From positions 1 through 32,000 of the forward strand of contig JAXGBA010000078.1 in NCBI GenBank assembly GCA_034186235.1: a stretch of DNA of 32,000 bases. The letters run 5' to 3'. The notes below the pieces were generated by a model, which saw only the letters and a list, made by a program, of their open reading frames with translations, made no database searches and was not told the origin of the DNA. This document shows positions 1-10,242 of the stretch, piece by piece. A program made the position numbers and the translations under genes. Each line of letters opens with the position of its first letter. Position 1 is the first letter of the stretch. The DNA is from Clostridia bacterium. GTDB taxonomy: Bacteria; Bacillota; Clostridia; HGM11514.

Positions 1-714
1 CATTCCCGGGGCAACGCCCGATTCGCTGCACACAAGAACCGAAGATTTCTGCATAACGGTGAAGCTTCCGTTTTTATAAAGTTCGGAAGTCCCGACATCC
101 AGTCCGCCGCTTATCTCTATAAGGTTCGGCAGAACCGCTTTTCCGCCGACCGCCGCAGCGACTTCAGCGGCGTCCGCTTTAAGGCGGTTGACCCTTATAT
201 ACATATGCGGAGGTTCATTCATTGCCGCCAACAGCTTTTCTGCCTCCTCATCGCCGAACATAGAAATCCACTTTTTGATTATACCCTTCGGAAACGAGTA
301 TTTTATTTTAAGATACTTTACAAGATCGGTTTTATCAGGAAGTTCTACGGTTTCCGAAGATATTTTCCTTAAAACGCCGTTCACAAAGCCTGCACTGTGC
401 GGTGAAAACCGTTTTGCAAGCAAAACGCTTTCGTTGACCGCTGCGGATGGCGGAATCCTGTCCGTAAACAAAAGCTGAAACGCCCCTGTGCGCAGAATAT
501 TTTTAACCGTATCGGAGGGCTTGTCAAAATCACAGAAGTGAGAAATCGTATAATCGAGCCGTGTTCTGTTTGAAAGCACTCCGTAAACAAGTGCAGCCGT
601 CAGCGAACGGTCTTTGGAATCAACTTTTTTTAAAATATCCTTAAGCAAAAGATTTGCATAATTTTCGTTTGTTTTGTCAAGCGCTAAAACCGCAGCCTCT
701 CTCGCTCTCATCAT
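1..714 (-). CDS. rsmB: 16S rRNA m5C967 methyltransferase RsmB/Sun, N-terminal part (3' end lies beyond the left window edge)
   Basis: Absent from the ORF track because it runs off the edge. My codon-by-codon translation of the minus strand from ATG 714..712 to base 1 gives 238 codons with no stop: MMRAREAAVLALDKTNENYANLLLKDILKKVDSKDRSLTAALVYGVLSNRTRLDYTISHF...KNGSFTVMQKSSVLVCSESGVAPGM. It shows a NusB-like N-terminal domain and then the start of the methyltransferase domain. The start forms an ATGA overlap with the stop of the upstream peptidase gene. The position after fmt is the canonical neighbourhood. Confidence 0.8.
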   Translation of the reverse strand, partial: MMRAREAAVLALDKTNENYANLLLKDILKKVDSKDRSLTAALVYGVLSNRTRLDYTISHFCDFDKPSDTVKNILRTGAFQLLFTDRIPPSAAVNESVLLAKRFSPHSAGFVNGVLRKISSETVELPDKTDLVKYLKIKYSFPKGIIKKWISMFGDEEAEKLLAAMNEPPHMYIRVNRLKADAAEVAAAVGGKAVLPNLIEISGGLDVGTSELYKNGSFTVMQKSSVLVCSESGVAPGM

Positions 715-1397
715 CTTCTCCTGTCACGGATGGCGATGAGCCTCAAAAGCTGCAGAAGCGCCATTGCCGCAGACGCAACATATGTCATTGCGGCAGCCGA
801 AAGAACCTTTTTTGCACCGCTTATTTCCTCGCCCTCAAGCATGTATGATGATTCGAGAGTTGAAAGGGCGCGTCTTGACGCATTTATCTCAACGGGCAGC
901 GTTACAATATGAAAAAGAACAGCAGCCGAAAAGAGAATTATGCCGACATCGGTAAGCATAAAAAAACTGGATGAGAAAATCAGCCCAAGTATAAAAAGCG
1001 GCATCGCAAGCTGTGAGCAGAGATTTACAACCGGAACAATGGCGTTTCTCACCTTTATGGGCGTGTATCCGACGGCATGCTGAACAGCATGGCCGACTTC
1101 GTGCGCCGCAACGCCTATTGCCGCAACAGATGATGAGCCGTAAACGCTGTCGGACAGCCTTACCGTATTCGATCTCGGGTCGTAATGGTCGGTAAGATTT
1201 CCGGCGATATGCTCAATCGCAACATTATGCAGACCGTTCATATCAAGTATGCGCCTTGCGGCGTCATAGCCGGTCATGCTGCGCCTGTTTGAAACTCTCG
1301 AAAACCTCGCAAATGTCGAATTTACATTTGCCTGTGCCCAAAGCGAAAGAATAAGCGCCGGCAGAATTATAATCCATGTAGGATCAAAAAACAGCAT
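711..1397 (-). CDS. membrane zinc metallopeptidase, YugP-like (Zn_peptidase_2 family)
   Basis: 228-aa ORF with an N-terminal TM segment (WIIILPALILSLWAQ), a HEVGHAVQH zinc motif (HExxH) and C-terminal TM segments. AAGGAG sits upstream of the ATG. Confidence 0.8.
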   Translation of the reverse strand: MLFFDPTWIIILPALILSLWAQANVNSTFARFSRVSNRRSMTGYDAARRILDMNGLHNVAIEHIAGNLTDHYDPRSNTVRLSDSVYGSSSVAAIGVAAHEVGHAVQHAVGYTPIKVRNAIVPVVNLCSQLAMPLFILGLIFSSSFFMLTDVGIILFSAAVLFHIVTLPVEINASRRALSTLESSYMLEGEEISGAKKVLSAAAMTYVASAAMALLQLLRLIAIRDRRR

Positions 1398-1410
1398 AAA
1401 ATCAGCTCCT

Positions 1411-2334
1411 TTATTCGCAAATTGTATTTTCGGGGATTGTGTGCCCTCTTAAATAATCGTCAACGGACATTTCGCCCTTACCTTGGGGTTTGAACTTTCT
1501 TATATATACCGAACCGTCACCGCATCCTATCGGCAAGCCGAGGTTTTTCTCATACTTCCCGACAGCGCCGGCAGGCAGCGGCTTTTCGGAATAAGAACAC
1601 TCCGTAATTTTGAAAATCTTGCCGTCCATCACCGTAAACGCAAGCGGAACGGGGTTTAACGCACGGACAAGATTATAAATATTCTTGCCCGAATCCTCCC
1701 ATTTTATATGCGCCGTTTCTTTGCCGAGCATGGGCGCATATGTAAATTCGTCATGATTCTGCGGAATCCTTTGCAGACTTCCGTCCTTCAGCCTGTCAAT
1801 GGTTTCGGAAAGAACCTCCGCTCCGATTTCCGACAGTTTATCAAAAAGTTCTCCGCCGGTCATCGTATCCGTAATCTCAATTTCGGACTTAATAAGCATA
1901 TCGCCCGTATCAAGCCCTTTGTCCATCATCATTGTCGTAACGCCGGTCATCGTATCGCCGTTCATGATGCTTCGCTGAATCGGCGCAGCACCCCTGAGTT
2001 TCGGCAGAAGCGACGCATGGACATTTATGCAGCCGTACTTCGGATAATCAAGAATATATTCCGGCAGAATCTTCCCGTAGGCAACAACCACGATAAGCTC
2101 TGGATTGAGCTTTTTAAGGGTTTCGAGGAACTCTCCACCCTTTATTCTTTCCGGCTGAAAAACGGGAATCCCAAGTGCTTCTGCACGTGCCTTGACAGGG
2201 GTCGGCATAAGCTTGTGACCTCTGCCTTTCTGCCTGTCGGGCTGGGAAACAACGCCGGCGACCTCCGTTTTTTCATATAAAACATCAAGACATCCCAGGC
2301 CAAAATCCGGAGTGCCCATAAACATTGTTCTCAT
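1411..2334 (-). CDS. fmt: methionyl-tRNA formyltransferase
   Basis: 307-aa ORF. The N-terminus MRTMFMGTPDFG and the HASLLPKLRGAAPIQ motif are typical of Fmt. It lies directly downstream of def. Confidence 0.95.
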   Translation of the reverse strand: MRTMFMGTPDFGLGCLDVLYEKTEVAGVVSQPDRQKGRGHKLMPTPVKARAEALGIPVFQPERIKGGEFLETLKKLNPELIVVVAYGKILPEYILDYPKYGCINVHASLLPKLRGAAPIQRSIMNGDTMTGVTTMMMDKGLDTGDMLIKSEIEITDTMTGGELFDKLSEIGAEVLSETIDRLKDGSLQRIPQNHDEFTYAPMLGKETAHIKWEDSGKNIYNLVRALNPVPLAFTVMDGKIFKITECSYSEKPLPAGAVGKYEKNLGLPIGCGDGSVYIRKFKPQGKGEMSVDDYLRGHTIPENTICE

Positions 2335-2346
2335 AAATCAATCACC

Positions 2347-2790
2347 CTATTCTTCCGCCTTCATGGTATATAAAACTCCGTCAAGGTGGTCAATTTCGTG
2401 GCAAAGCGCACGGGCAAAAAGACCGTTTCCGCTTATCTGCACCTTTTCTCCCATACGGGTCTGGGTTTCGACGGTGACGGACTTCGGTCTTCTGACCTCC
2501 GCTGCCTCACCCGGAAGGCTGAGGCAGCCTTCCGGTTCGCATATTGTTTCCTTTGACCGGGCGATAATTTTCGGGTTTATAAGTTCGTACCTTCCTTCGC
2601 CTATATCAACAACCGCAACCCTTCTCAAAACCCCTACCTGGGGACCGGCAAGACCCACGCCGTTTGCACTCTGCATAGTTTCATACATATCGTCAAGCAG
2701 GGTAAACAGCCTGTCATTAAAATCCGTAACCTCACGGCATTTTTTATAAAGAATTTCATCCGGAACCTTTCTTATTTCTCTTATTGCCAA
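2347..2790 (-). CDS. def: peptide deformylase
   Basis: 147-aa ORF with the three deformylase motifs: GVGLAGPQVG, EGCLSLPG and HEIDHLDG. Confidence 0.95.
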   Translation of the reverse strand: MAIREIRKVPDEILYKKCREVTDFNDRLFTLLDDMYETMQSANGVGLAGPQVGVLRRVAVVDIGEGRYELINPKIIARSKETICEPEGCLSLPGEAAEVRRPKSVTVETQTRMGEKVQISGNGLFARALCHEIDHLDGVLYTMKAEE

Positions 2791-2802
2791 AAAAATGACC
2801 TC

Positions 2803-5175
2803 CTAAAAAATTGAAATGTGCGTATCTCTTTTTTTAGAGTTATGCCTGTCGCAGACCTTCCAGAGAGCAGGGCGTATATCGGCGGACGCTTTTATCAGCA
2901 TCTGCCACCTATACACATTGTTAACCCTCGAAATCACACACGGAACCGGCCGCATAATTTCGAGAATACCGTCCGTTCCCTTAAGTTCGTCTTTAATTTC
3001 GTTTATTCTTATTCCGGCGGCGGAATTATCGCCCCCGGTTACAAGCACGGTAAAAATTCTGCAAAACGGAGGATACACCGAAAGTTTTCTCAGTGCAAGT
3101 TCCTGTCTGTAAAAATCGTTGTAATCCTGCAATTTTGCAAAATTAATGCAGTCGTTTTCGGGAGAATATGTTTGAATTACCGCTCTGCCGCAGTTTTCGC
3201 CCCTCCCGGCACGGCCGAGAACCTGGGTAAGCATCGAAAACGCCTTTTCCTCGGAGTCAAATTCCCCGGAATTAAGCATCATATCCGCCGCAAGAACACC
3301 GACAAGCGTGACATTGGGAAAGTCAAGCCCCTTCGTCACCATCTGTGTTCCGAGAAGAATATTGGCATTTTCATCCGAAAATTTCTGCAAGAGCCGCCTG
3401 TGAGCCGACTTTTTCGCAGTCGTATCCATATCCATACGGATAACCGAAGCTGACGGAAAAAGATTTTTTATTTCCTCCTCAACCTTCTGCGTGCCCGTTC
3501 CGAAATACTTAACATAGGCGCTTCCGCATTTCGGGCAGATCTTAGAAGGCACGGTCTGATATCCGCAGTAATGGCATATAAGCTTATTTATATTTGAATG
3601 GTATTTAAGCGAAACCGAGCAGTTGGGACAGTCAAACACATATCCGCATTTTCTGCATGATATGAACGACGAATGTCCTCTTCTATTTATAAACAGCACC
3701 GTTTGCTCGCCGTTTTCGATATTTTTTGAAATCTCGCATGCAAGCTTTTTTGAAAACACAGAGGAGTTGCCCTCCTCAAGTTCTTTTCGCATATCGGCAA
3801 TTTCGACTTTCGGCAGCGGAGCGCTGTTATAGCGTTTTGACATCGAAAGCCTGTTTTTACAGTGATACACATCCGAAACGCGCGGCGTTGCGGATGCTTC
3901 AAGCAGAAGTGCACCGTGCTGTTTTGCACGCATAAATGCGACTTCTCTCGCATCATATCTGGGCGAAATTTCAGAAACATAGCTGTCATCATTCTGTTCA
4001 TCGATAATAATTGCACCTATGTTGTCAAGCGGAGCAAAAATCGCCGATCGCGCACCGACAACCACCCTCACCCCGCCTTTTCGGATTTTCTGCCAGTTAT
4101 CAAACCTCTCCCCGACGGAAAGGCCGCTGTGAAGCACCGAAACCATGTCCCCGAACCGTGCGCCGAAGCGCCGTATAGTCTGGGGGGTCAGCGAAATCTC
4201 GGGAACAAGCATAATCGCATTTCTCCCCGATTCTATTGTATCGCCGATAATTCTGAGATATACCTCGGTTTTGCCGCTTCCCGTAACGCCCCTTAGCAAA
4301 AATCTTCCGGTTTTACCCTTGATTTTTTCAAGAACCGCTTTTTGCTCGTCTGTAGGCTCGGGGGGCACATCGGGTTCAAAAAACTCGTTTTCCGCTCTGC
4401 TTACAGGTCTTTTGTAAATCTCAATTATTCCTTTTTTGCAAAGGATATCGAGTGAACCCCTGCCTGCGTCCGCGCTGTCAAGAAGCTCCGGAACCGCCAT
4501 TTCGCCCTCTGCGCCGAGAATACCGAGAATCCTCATCTGAACCGGCGCCTTTGACGCAAACTCCGCCATATACACCTCAAGGACATCAGCCTCCGCCGCA
4601 ATATATGCAATATTAACGGTTTTTTCTCTTATCGGCAGAAAGCGCTGTTTTGAAACCGCAACAATCCCCTTTTTTATCATGGAATTAACCGCCTGGCGAA
4701 CGCTCTTGCCCGTTTCACGGTTAAGTTCGGAAATGCTCGAAACGCCTCCGTTTTGCTTCAAAAACTCCAGAACCGCCGTCTGAACGGTCGAATGTTCGGT
4801 AAGATTTTCCGCATTTTCGGGATTTACAAGTGTAACGGTTTCTTTGAACTTCATGCCGCTTCCCGGAGGCATAAAAAGCCTCAATGCAGCATAATGGCTC
4901 GAAAAGTACCTGTTCCGTATCCAGGCCGCAAGCTCCATATCAAGCTTTGAGCAAACAGGCATTTCGTCCAAAACCGCCGCAATTTTTTTGATATTTCCGG
5001 TTTCGATATCGGTTTTATCAGAAATATCGGTTACAAAACCGTCGGTTCTTCTTCCGCCGAACGGAACCTCAACACGCATACCGGGAAGAACTCTCATGCC
5101 CTCCGGCACCTCGTAATCAAAGCTTCTGTCGAGCGCATAAGCCATTGAGTTTATATAAACCTTAGCATAGTTCAT
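2803..5175 (-). CDS. priA: primosomal protein N' (replication restart helicase PriA)
   Basis: 790-aa ORF with Walker A GVTGSGKTEVY and a DExx box (IIIDEQND). It has a Cys-rich zinc module, CRKCGYVFDCPNCSVSLKYH...CHYCGY...CPKCGS. Its start overlaps the coaBC stop by 14 nt. Confidence 0.95.
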   Translation of the reverse strand: MNYAKVYINSMAYALDRSFDYEVPEGMRVLPGMRVEVPFGGRRTDGFVTDISDKTDIETGNIKKIAAVLDEMPVCSKLDMELAAWIRNRYFSSHYAALRLFMPPGSGMKFKETVTLVNPENAENLTEHSTVQTAVLEFLKQNGGVSSISELNRETGKSVRQAVNSMIKKGIVAVSKQRFLPIREKTVNIAYIAAEADVLEVYMAEFASKAPVQMRILGILGAEGEMAVPELLDSADAGRGSLDILCKKGIIEIYKRPVSRAENEFFEPDVPPEPTDEQKAVLEKIKGKTGRFLLRGVTGSGKTEVYLRIIGDTIESGRNAIMLVPEISLTPQTIRRFGARFGDMVSVLHSGLSVGERFDNWQKIRKGGVRVVVGARSAIFAPLDNIGAIIIDEQNDDSYVSEISPRYDAREVAFMRAKQHGALLLEASATPRVSDVYHCKNRLSMSKRYNSAPLPKVEIADMRKELEEGNSSVFSKKLACEISKNIENGEQTVLFINRRGHSSFISCRKCGYVFDCPNCSVSLKYHSNINKLICHYCGYQTVPSKICPKCGSAYVKYFGTGTQKVEEEIKNLFPSASVIRMDMDTTAKKSAHRRLLQKFSDENANILLGTQMVTKGLDFPNVTLVGVLAADMMLNSGEFDSEEKAFSMLTQVLGRAGRGENCGRAVIQTYSPENDCINFAKLQDYNDFYRQELALRKLSVYPPFCRIFTVLVTGGDNSAAGIRINEIKDELKGTDGILEIMRPVPCVISRVNNVYRWQMLIKASADIRPALWKVCDRHNSKKRDTHISIF

Positions 5176-6352
5176 TATTTGTCACCATATCGAGAAGCCT
5201 CCCCGCAAGGGAAAGTTTGCTCATTTTGGGAAGCGAAGCGGATTTCCCCGATTTAGAGAACACGGTTACCACATTTGTATCGCCGCCGAAACCGGCGCCT
5301 TCTGTTTTAAGATTGTTTGCCACGATATAATCTGCGTTTTTCCGTTTCAGTTTATCTACCGAGTTTTTCTCCATATCCTTCGTTTCCATGGAAAAACCGA
5401 CAATTTTTGCTTTAAGGCCCATCGAGCCGAGTTCAGCAAGAATATCGGGATTTTTAGCAAGGGTAATGCTGCCCATTTCGTCCTTTTTAATTTTATCGTC
5501 CGAAACGGTTTCGGGTCTGAAGTCCCCCACAGCCGCAGCCTTCACGATTATATCTGCCTCCTCTGCCCGCTTAATAACCTCACGGCGCATATCAAGCGCT
5601 GACTCAACATTTATCCTCTCAACGCCGACCGGGCAGGAAAGCGCCGAAGGCCCCGAAACAAGCGTAACGGAAGCACCCCGAAGGTATGCCGCACGCGCAA
5701 GCGCATATCCCATTTTACCGGTAGAGCGGTTTGAAATGAATCTAACGGGGTCGATTTTCTCTCTTGTCGGCCCTGCGGTAATCAAAACACTTTTTCCGGA
5801 AAGCGTCTGAGGGGTAAGCGATTTTACGATTTCCTCAAATATATCTCCGACCGGCGCAAGGTGACCTTTCCCTTCATCTCCGCATGCAAGCCTTCCGGAG
5901 GACGGCTCAACAAAACGGAATCCCCTTTTTTTCAGCCGCTCAATATTTTCGCCCACCACAGGGTTTTCGTACATACCTGTATTCATTGCAGGCGCAACAA
6001 TAACCGGCACTTTCGCCGCCATCACGGTTGTCGAAACAAAATCATCGGCAATTCCGCAGGCAATTTTACCTATTATATTAGCGGTTGCCGGGATTATCAC
6101 AACCGCATCGGCACGCTTTGCAAGCGAAATATGCTCCACCTCATAATTTTCGGGAACGGCAAACATATCGCACGCAACATTTCTGTTCGTGAGCGTCCCC
6201 AGCGTCAACGGCGTTATAAATTCGCACGCCGCGCGCGTCATCATCGTATAAATTTCGGCCCCGGCGGTTTTTAAAAGACTTATCAGTTCGCAAGCCTTGT
6301 ATGCCGCAATGCCGCCGCACACGCCGACCAGAACCGTTTTGCCCTTAAGCAT
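5162..6352 (-). CDS. coaBC: bifunctional phosphopantothenoylcysteine decarboxylase / phosphopantothenate-cysteine ligase
   Basis: ORF 5162..6424 trimmed to ATG 6352 (MLKGKTVLVGVCGGIAAYK, the flavoprotein N-terminus). The 24 upstream codons lie inside rpoZ in another frame. The CoaB half contains ITAGPTREKIDPVRFISNRSTGKMG. Confidence 0.9.
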   Translation of the reverse strand: MLKGKTVLVGVCGGIAAYKACELISLLKTAGAEIYTMMTRAACEFITPLTLGTLTNRNVACDMFAVPENYEVEHISLAKRADAVVIIPATANIIGKIACGIADDFVSTTVMAAKVPVIVAPAMNTGMYENPVVGENIERLKKRGFRFVEPSSGRLACGDEGKGHLAPVGDIFEEIVKSLTPQTLSGKSVLITAGPTREKIDPVRFISNRSTGKMGYALARAAYLRGASVTLVSGPSALSCPVGVERINVESALDMRREVIKRAEEADIIVKAAAVGDFRPETVSDDKIKKDEMGSITLAKNPDILAELGSMGLKAKIVGFSMETKDMEKNSVDKLKRKNADYIVANNLKTEGAGFGGDTNVVTVFSKSGKSASLPKMSKLSLAGRLLDMVTNNELC

Positions 6353-6608
6353 CTTCTTCTCCGTTTTCGGTTTCCGTAGACGGCTCTTCCGTTTCCGTAT
6401 TTTTCTCCGCTTCCTCGCCGTCAATAATTCTTATTTTGCCCTGATAAAGTTCGTTTGCGGCAATTGTAACTTCCTTGTCGCTGTCGCATACAACAAGCTG
6501 TTCATCCCCGAGGGCAAGCTCCCTTGCGCGCTTTGCAACCGCACAGACAAGCGAATATCTGTTGTCCACAATTTTGTCAAGCTCGTTGATTGAAGGTTTA
6601 ATCATCAT
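6345..6608 (-). CDS. rpoZ: DNA-directed RNA polymerase subunit omega, with an acidic C-terminal tail
   Basis: 87-aa ORF. MIKPSINELDKIVDNRYSLVCAVAKRARELA is the conserved omega core. AAAGGAG lies 10 nt upstream. The gmk-rpoZ order is conserved. Confidence 0.85.
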   Translation of the reverse strand: MMIKPSINELDKIVDNRYSLVCAVAKRARELALGDEQLVVCDSDKEVTIAANELYQGKIRIIDGEEAEKNTETEEPSTETENGEEDA

Positions 6609-6615
6609 AATAGCA

Positions 6616-7227
6616 TTACTCCTTTAAATTCCAAACATTTTTTAAGTATTCTTTATTTCTGCAAACTCTGATTTTTTCGGCGTCGGCAATAGTTTCAAGC
6701 TTATCCGCCGCCAAACCGAGCTTGTCGTTTACAATAATATAATCATAGTTTGCACCGCGCATAATTTCCCTATGCGCTTCGCCAATTCTTTTTTCGATAA
6801 CCTCAGGGCTTTCCGTGCCCCTTCCGGTAAGGCGTTCTCTCAAAATTTCGGGAGATGGCGGCAAAACGAAAACCAGAACCGCATTGGGGCACTTCTCCTT
6901 GACTTTGTATGCGCCCTGAACCTCAATTTCGAGAATTACATCCCTTCCCTCCTCCATCGCACGAAGCGCCGGAGCCTTGGGAGTTCCGTAATAATTGCCG
7001 CAGAACTCGGCATATTCAAGCAGCCCGTCATCGGCAATCAGCTTTTCAAACTCATCTCTCGTTTTGAAAAAGTAAGTTACGCCGTCCTCATCCCCTGGCC
7101 TTGGGCTGCGGCTTGTTGCCGAAACCGACAGAAACGTTTCCGGTCTGCGCTTTATGTATTCACTGCAAACCGTACCCTTCCCGGCGCCGGACGGCCCTGA
7201 AACAATCAGCAGAACCCCCTTATTCAT
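6616..7227 (-). CDS. gmk: guanylate kinase
   Basis: ORF 6616..7344 trimmed to ATG 7227 ([21 protein letters not shown]-loop at the N-terminus as in Gmk). The start overlaps the remA stop by 8 nt. Confidence 0.92.
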   Translation of the reverse strand: MNKGVLLIVSGPSGAGKGTVCSEYIKRRPETFLSVSATSRSPRPGDEDGVTYFFKTRDEFEKLIADDGLLEYAEFCGNYYGTPKAPALRAMEEGRDVILEIEVQGAYKVKEKCPNAVLVFVLPPSPEILRERLTGRGTESPEVIEKRIGEAHREIMRGANYDYIIVNDKLGLAADKLETIADAEKIRVCRNKEYLKNVWNLKE

Positions 7228-7468
7228 AGTCCTCGCCCTCCTGCATACGCGCCGCAACAGTTTCCGGCTGCACCGCAGATAAAATAACATGATCGCTGTC
7301 CATAACAATAACCGCTCTTGTACGCCTGCCGTAGGTTGCATCAATAAGCATGCCGTTATCCCGTGCCTCCTGAATTATGCGCTTAATCGGCGCAGATTCG
7401 GGACTTACGATGGCGATAAGGCGGCCTGCCGAAATCATGTTGCCGAATCCGATATTAATCAATTTCAT
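7220..7468 (-). CDS. remA: RemA/YlzA family (DUF370) regulatory protein
   Basis: 82-aa [57 protein letters not shown] matches the highly conserved RemA sequence. It lies between the yicC-family gene and gmk, as in Firmicutes. Confidence 0.85.
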   Translation of the reverse strand: MKLINIGFGNMISAGRLIAIVSPESAPIKRIIQEARDNGMLIDATYGRRTRAVIVMDSDHVILSAVQPETVAARMQEGEDYE

Positions 7469-7488
7469 AAATGTTCCCCCTAAAATGA

Positions 7489-8367
7489 CTATTCGATATT
7501 CTGAATCTGTTCCCTTATCTTTTCAAGCTCGCTCTTTACATCGATAACGATTTTTGAAATCTTGATGTTATTCGCTTTTGAACCGGTTGTATTGATTTCC
7601 CTGTTCATTTCCTGCAATATAAAGTCCAGCTTTTTGCCCACCGGGGCACTTGCTTCGAGCGTTTTTGAAAATTCCTTTATGTGGCTTTTAAGCCTTACGG
7701 TTTCCTCATCAATCGCCGCCTTGTCAGCAAAAACCGCAACTTCGGTAAGTACCCTTGAGCGGTCAAAATCGGCATTACCGAGAAGTTCTGTGATTTTCTG
7801 CTCAAGATTTTCGCAGTACTCACGCACAACATCGGGTTCGATTTTCTCTATAGCCGCAACCTTCGCCGAAATCCCCTCCAGCTTGGTTTCAATATCATGT
7901 TTAAGGCGCTCACCCTCACGCTTTCTCATCCCGACATAAGCCTCCATAACTTCATCGAGAACCTCTTTAACCGAATTTTTAAGGAGTTCCTCATCCTCCT
8001 CGGCTCTCTCAAAGCTGAACACATCGGCATTTCTGGCTACTGTCATGACAGAAATATCGTCGCTGAGCGAAAAGCTGTCACGCAGCTCGCGAAGCGCCGC
8101 AATATAGCTTTCGGCATAAGCGCGGTTTAAGGTTACAAGCGACTCACCGCCGTCGATTTTTTCGATTCTGATAAAAACATCGACCTTACCGCGGCTTATA
8201 TAGCCTTTGAGGTATTCGCGCACGAAGTCCTCCAGAAAATTATAATATCTCGGAAGCTTAATCGAGAAATCCGTAAAACGGTTGTTCACACTTTTAAGTT
8301 CTATGTTGATACGGTATCCGTTGATTTCTTTTTCGCATCTACCGTACCCGGTCATACTCTGAAGCAT
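7489..8367 (-). CDS. yicC: YicC/YloC family stress-induced protein (endoribonuclease family)
   Basis: ORF 7489..8394 trimmed to ATG 8367 ([10 protein letters not shown], the typical YicC N-terminus). GGAG lies about 11 nt upstream, and the predicted promoter places the TSS downstream of 8394. The C-terminal [11 protein letters not shown] motif (DUF1732) is present. Confidence 0.85.
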   Translation of the reverse strand: MLQSMTGYGRCEKEINGYRINIELKSVNNRFTDFSIKLPRYYNFLEDFVREYLKGYISRGKVDVFIRIEKIDGGESLVTLNRAYAESYIAALRELRDSFSLSDDISVMTVARNADVFSFERAEEDEELLKNSVKEVLDEVMEAYVGMRKREGERLKHDIETKLEGISAKVAAIEKIEPDVVREYCENLEQKITELLGNADFDRSRVLTEVAVFADKAAIDEETVRLKSHIKEFSKTLEASAPVGKKLDFILQEMNREINTTGSKANNIKISKIVIDVKSELEKIREQIQNIE

Positions 8368-8413
8368 ATTTTCAATCTCCAATCTGAAATTCAATACAAT
8401 TACTCTATTATAT

Positions 8414-8441
8414 ATTTTAACATTTTTTTTGATAATGTCAA
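8414..8441 (-). promoter_or_regulatory. sigma-A-type promoter for the yicC-to-rsmB string
   Basis: On the minus strand: TTGACA (8441..8436), a 16-nt spacer, then TGtTAAAAT with the extended -10 (hexamer 8419..8414). Confidence 0.5.
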
Positions 8442-8449
8442 TTAAAAAA

Positions 8450-8478
8450 TTGATTTTTTATTAAATATAAGGTATAAT
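8450..8478 (+). promoter_or_regulatory. sigma-A-type promoter for rqcH
   Basis: TTGATT (8450..8455), a 17-nt spacer, then TATAAT (8473..8478), about 45 nt upstream of ATG 8524. Confidence 0.5.
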
Positions 8479-8523
8479 ATTTTTAAATCAAATGATTTTT
8501 TGGTGGAAAGGACAATAAAAACT

Positions 8524-10242
8524 ATGGCACTTGACGGAATTGTGATAAAAAATATCGTGTCCGAGCTGAACAAAACCCTAACCGGCTCACGGGTTGACAG
8601 AATATATCAGCCCGAACGGGATGAACTTACGGTAATTTTCCCGGAGGGGAGGCTTACGCTTTCTGTAAACCCGTCGGCGGCAAGAGTATGCATGAGCACC
8701 GCAAAAAAGGAAAATCCGCAGCAGGCACCGATGTTTTGTATGCTTCTTCGCAAACACCTGACCCCGGCACGCCTCGAAAGGGTTTACCAGGACGGGTTTG
8801 AAAGAATAATAATTATGGAATTTGACGCACGCAACGATATGGGCGACAGCGTTAAAAAGAAGCTTATATGCGAACTTATGGGCAGGCACAGCAATATAAT
8901 TCTGACCGATGAAGACGGCAGAATCATAGACAGCATAAAACATATCGATGTGTCGGTTAGCAGCGTAAGGCAGATACTCCCCGGGCTTATGTACGAAGGT
9001 GCGCCGACGCAGCATAAGCAAAATCCGCTGACTGCGTCCGAAGAAGATATAGAAAATGCCCTTCTCGGCTTTGATAAATATACCCCGTCGGACAAAGCCT
9101 TGCTCGAAGCGTTTACAGGGCTCTCGCCCATGGCTTGCCGGGAAATCGCATTTCGGGCGACAGGGTGCACCGATACCCCGATTTGCGATGCCGAAAACCT
9201 TGCGGAAACGGCAAAGGGTTTTTTTGATGATATAAAAAGCTGCAGTTTCACGCCCTGCACCGTATATATTGACGATAAAAAAGAGGAATTTTCATCTTTT
9301 CTGCCGAAACAATATGGCAGGCGTGCAAAAATCGTTGCTGCCGAATCCGTAAGCGAGGTTCTTGAAAGCTTCTACGAAGGAAGAGATGCACAGGCACGGC
9401 AAAAGCAGAAAACGGCAGCCGTTTCAAAGCTGGTTTCAAACCTAATCGCCCATGCCTCAAAGAAAATAAATATTTATAAAAATACAATTAAGGATTCCGA
9501 AAACCGTGACAGCTTTAAGCTTAAAGGCGATCTTCTCATGGCAAACATCTATAAGCTTAAGGGGGGAGAAAGCAGCATAACCGTTGAAAACTTCTATGAC
9601 GAGTCACTGCCGGAGGTTAAAATTACGCTCGACCCGCAAAAAACGCCTTCGCAGAACGCCCAAAGGCTGTACGCCAAGTATACCAAGCTTAAAACCGCAG
9701 GCGAAGTGGCGGCGGAAATGCTCGAAAAAACCGAGGAGGAGCTTGCATATCTTCTTTCTGTACAGCAGTTTATATCGGAAATCAAAACCTCGTCCGACCT
9801 TTCTCAGATAAAAGAAGAGCTGCACGAGGGGGGATACATCAAAAAAAGCAAAGGTAGGCAGAAGCCTCAAAAGGCAAAGCCGATTGAGCTCGAAAGCAGC
9901 GACGGATTTAAGATACTTGTAGGCAAAAACAATATACAAAACGACTATGTTACCTTCAAGCTTTCAAGAAGCCGCGATATATGGCTGCACACAAAGAACA
10001 TACCGGGATCCCACACGCTTATTGTCAGAGGAAATGCCGATGAAATCCCCGAGTCCACAATAATCGAGGCGGCAAATATCTGCGCCGCACACTCCAAGGC
10101 AAAGGACGGGGTTAAGGTTCCGGTTGATTACACAGAAATCAAAAATGTCAAAAAAATCGCAGGCGCCAAGCCTGGAATGGTTATATACGACAACTATAAT
10201 ACGGTGTATGTCACGCCGTCTGATAAAGGAGAAAAAGCATGA
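8524..10242 (+). CDS. rqcH: ribosome quality control factor RqcH (NFACT family; formerly fibronectin-binding protein A-like)
   Basis: ORF 8500..10242 trimmed to ATG 8524 (MALDGIVIKNIVSEL, the typical NFACT-N start). It has a coiled-coil middle region and a C-terminal DUF814-type segment (GFKILVGKNNIQNDYVTFKLSRSRDIWLHTKNIPGSH). Confidence 0.85.
   Translation: MALDGIVIKNIVSELNKTLTGSRVDRIYQPERDELTVIFPEGRLTLSVNPSAARVCMSTAKKENPQQAPMFCMLLRKHLTPARLERVYQDGFERIIIMEFDARNDMGDSVKKKLICELMGRHSNIILTDEDGRIIDSIKHIDVSVSSVRQILPGLMYEGAPTQHKQNPLTASEEDIENALLGFDKYTPSDKALLEAFTGLSPMACREIAFRATGCTDTPICDAENLAETAKGFFDDIKSCSFTPCTVYIDDKKEEFSSFLPKQYGRRAKIVAAESVSEVLESFYEGRDAQARQKQKTAAVSKLVSNLIAHASKKINIYKNTIKDSENRDSFKLKGDLLMANIYKLKGGESSITVENFYDESLPEVKITLDPQKTPSQNAQRLYAKYTKLKTAGEVAAEMLEKTEEELAYLLSVQQFISEIKTSSDLSQIKEELHEGGYIKKSKGRQKPQKAKPIELESSDGFKILVGKNNIQNDYVTFKLSRSRDIWLHTKNIPGSHTLIVRGNADEIPESTIIEAANICAAHSKAKDGVKVPVDYTEIKNVKKIAGAKPGMVIYDNYNTVYVTPSDKGEKA

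Noticed and set aside
6345-6420. Acidic C-terminal extension of omega (EEAEKNTETEEPSTETENGEEDA) as something unusual
   Set aside because: Omega subunits vary in C-terminal length among Firmicutes. The extension is low-complexity and I have no basis for assigning it a function.
6353-6424. Highly basic N-terminal extension of the coaBC ORF (MTARKRRKIRKRKSRLRKPKTEKK)
   Set aside because: It is the acidic C-terminal tail of rpoZ read in another frame. CoaBC proteins start at the MLKGK...GGIAAYK flavoprotein motif, and ATG 6352 gives the usual short overlap with the rpoZ stop.
7228-7344. 39-codon N-terminal extension of the gmk ORF overlapping remA. Similar upstream extensions occur at 8368..8394 (yicC), 8500..8523 (rqcH), 18390..18425 and 18589..18717.
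   Set aside because: These are ORF-finder longest-ORF artefacts. The conserved N-termini and RBS positions support the internal starts given in the features.
8423-8430. T8 homopolymer in the spacer of the yicC promoter, as a possible slipped-strand phase-variation switch
   Set aside because: The downstream genes are essential housekeeping genes. An 8-nt A/T run in an AT-rich intergenic region is unremarkable, and I have no evidence of length variation.
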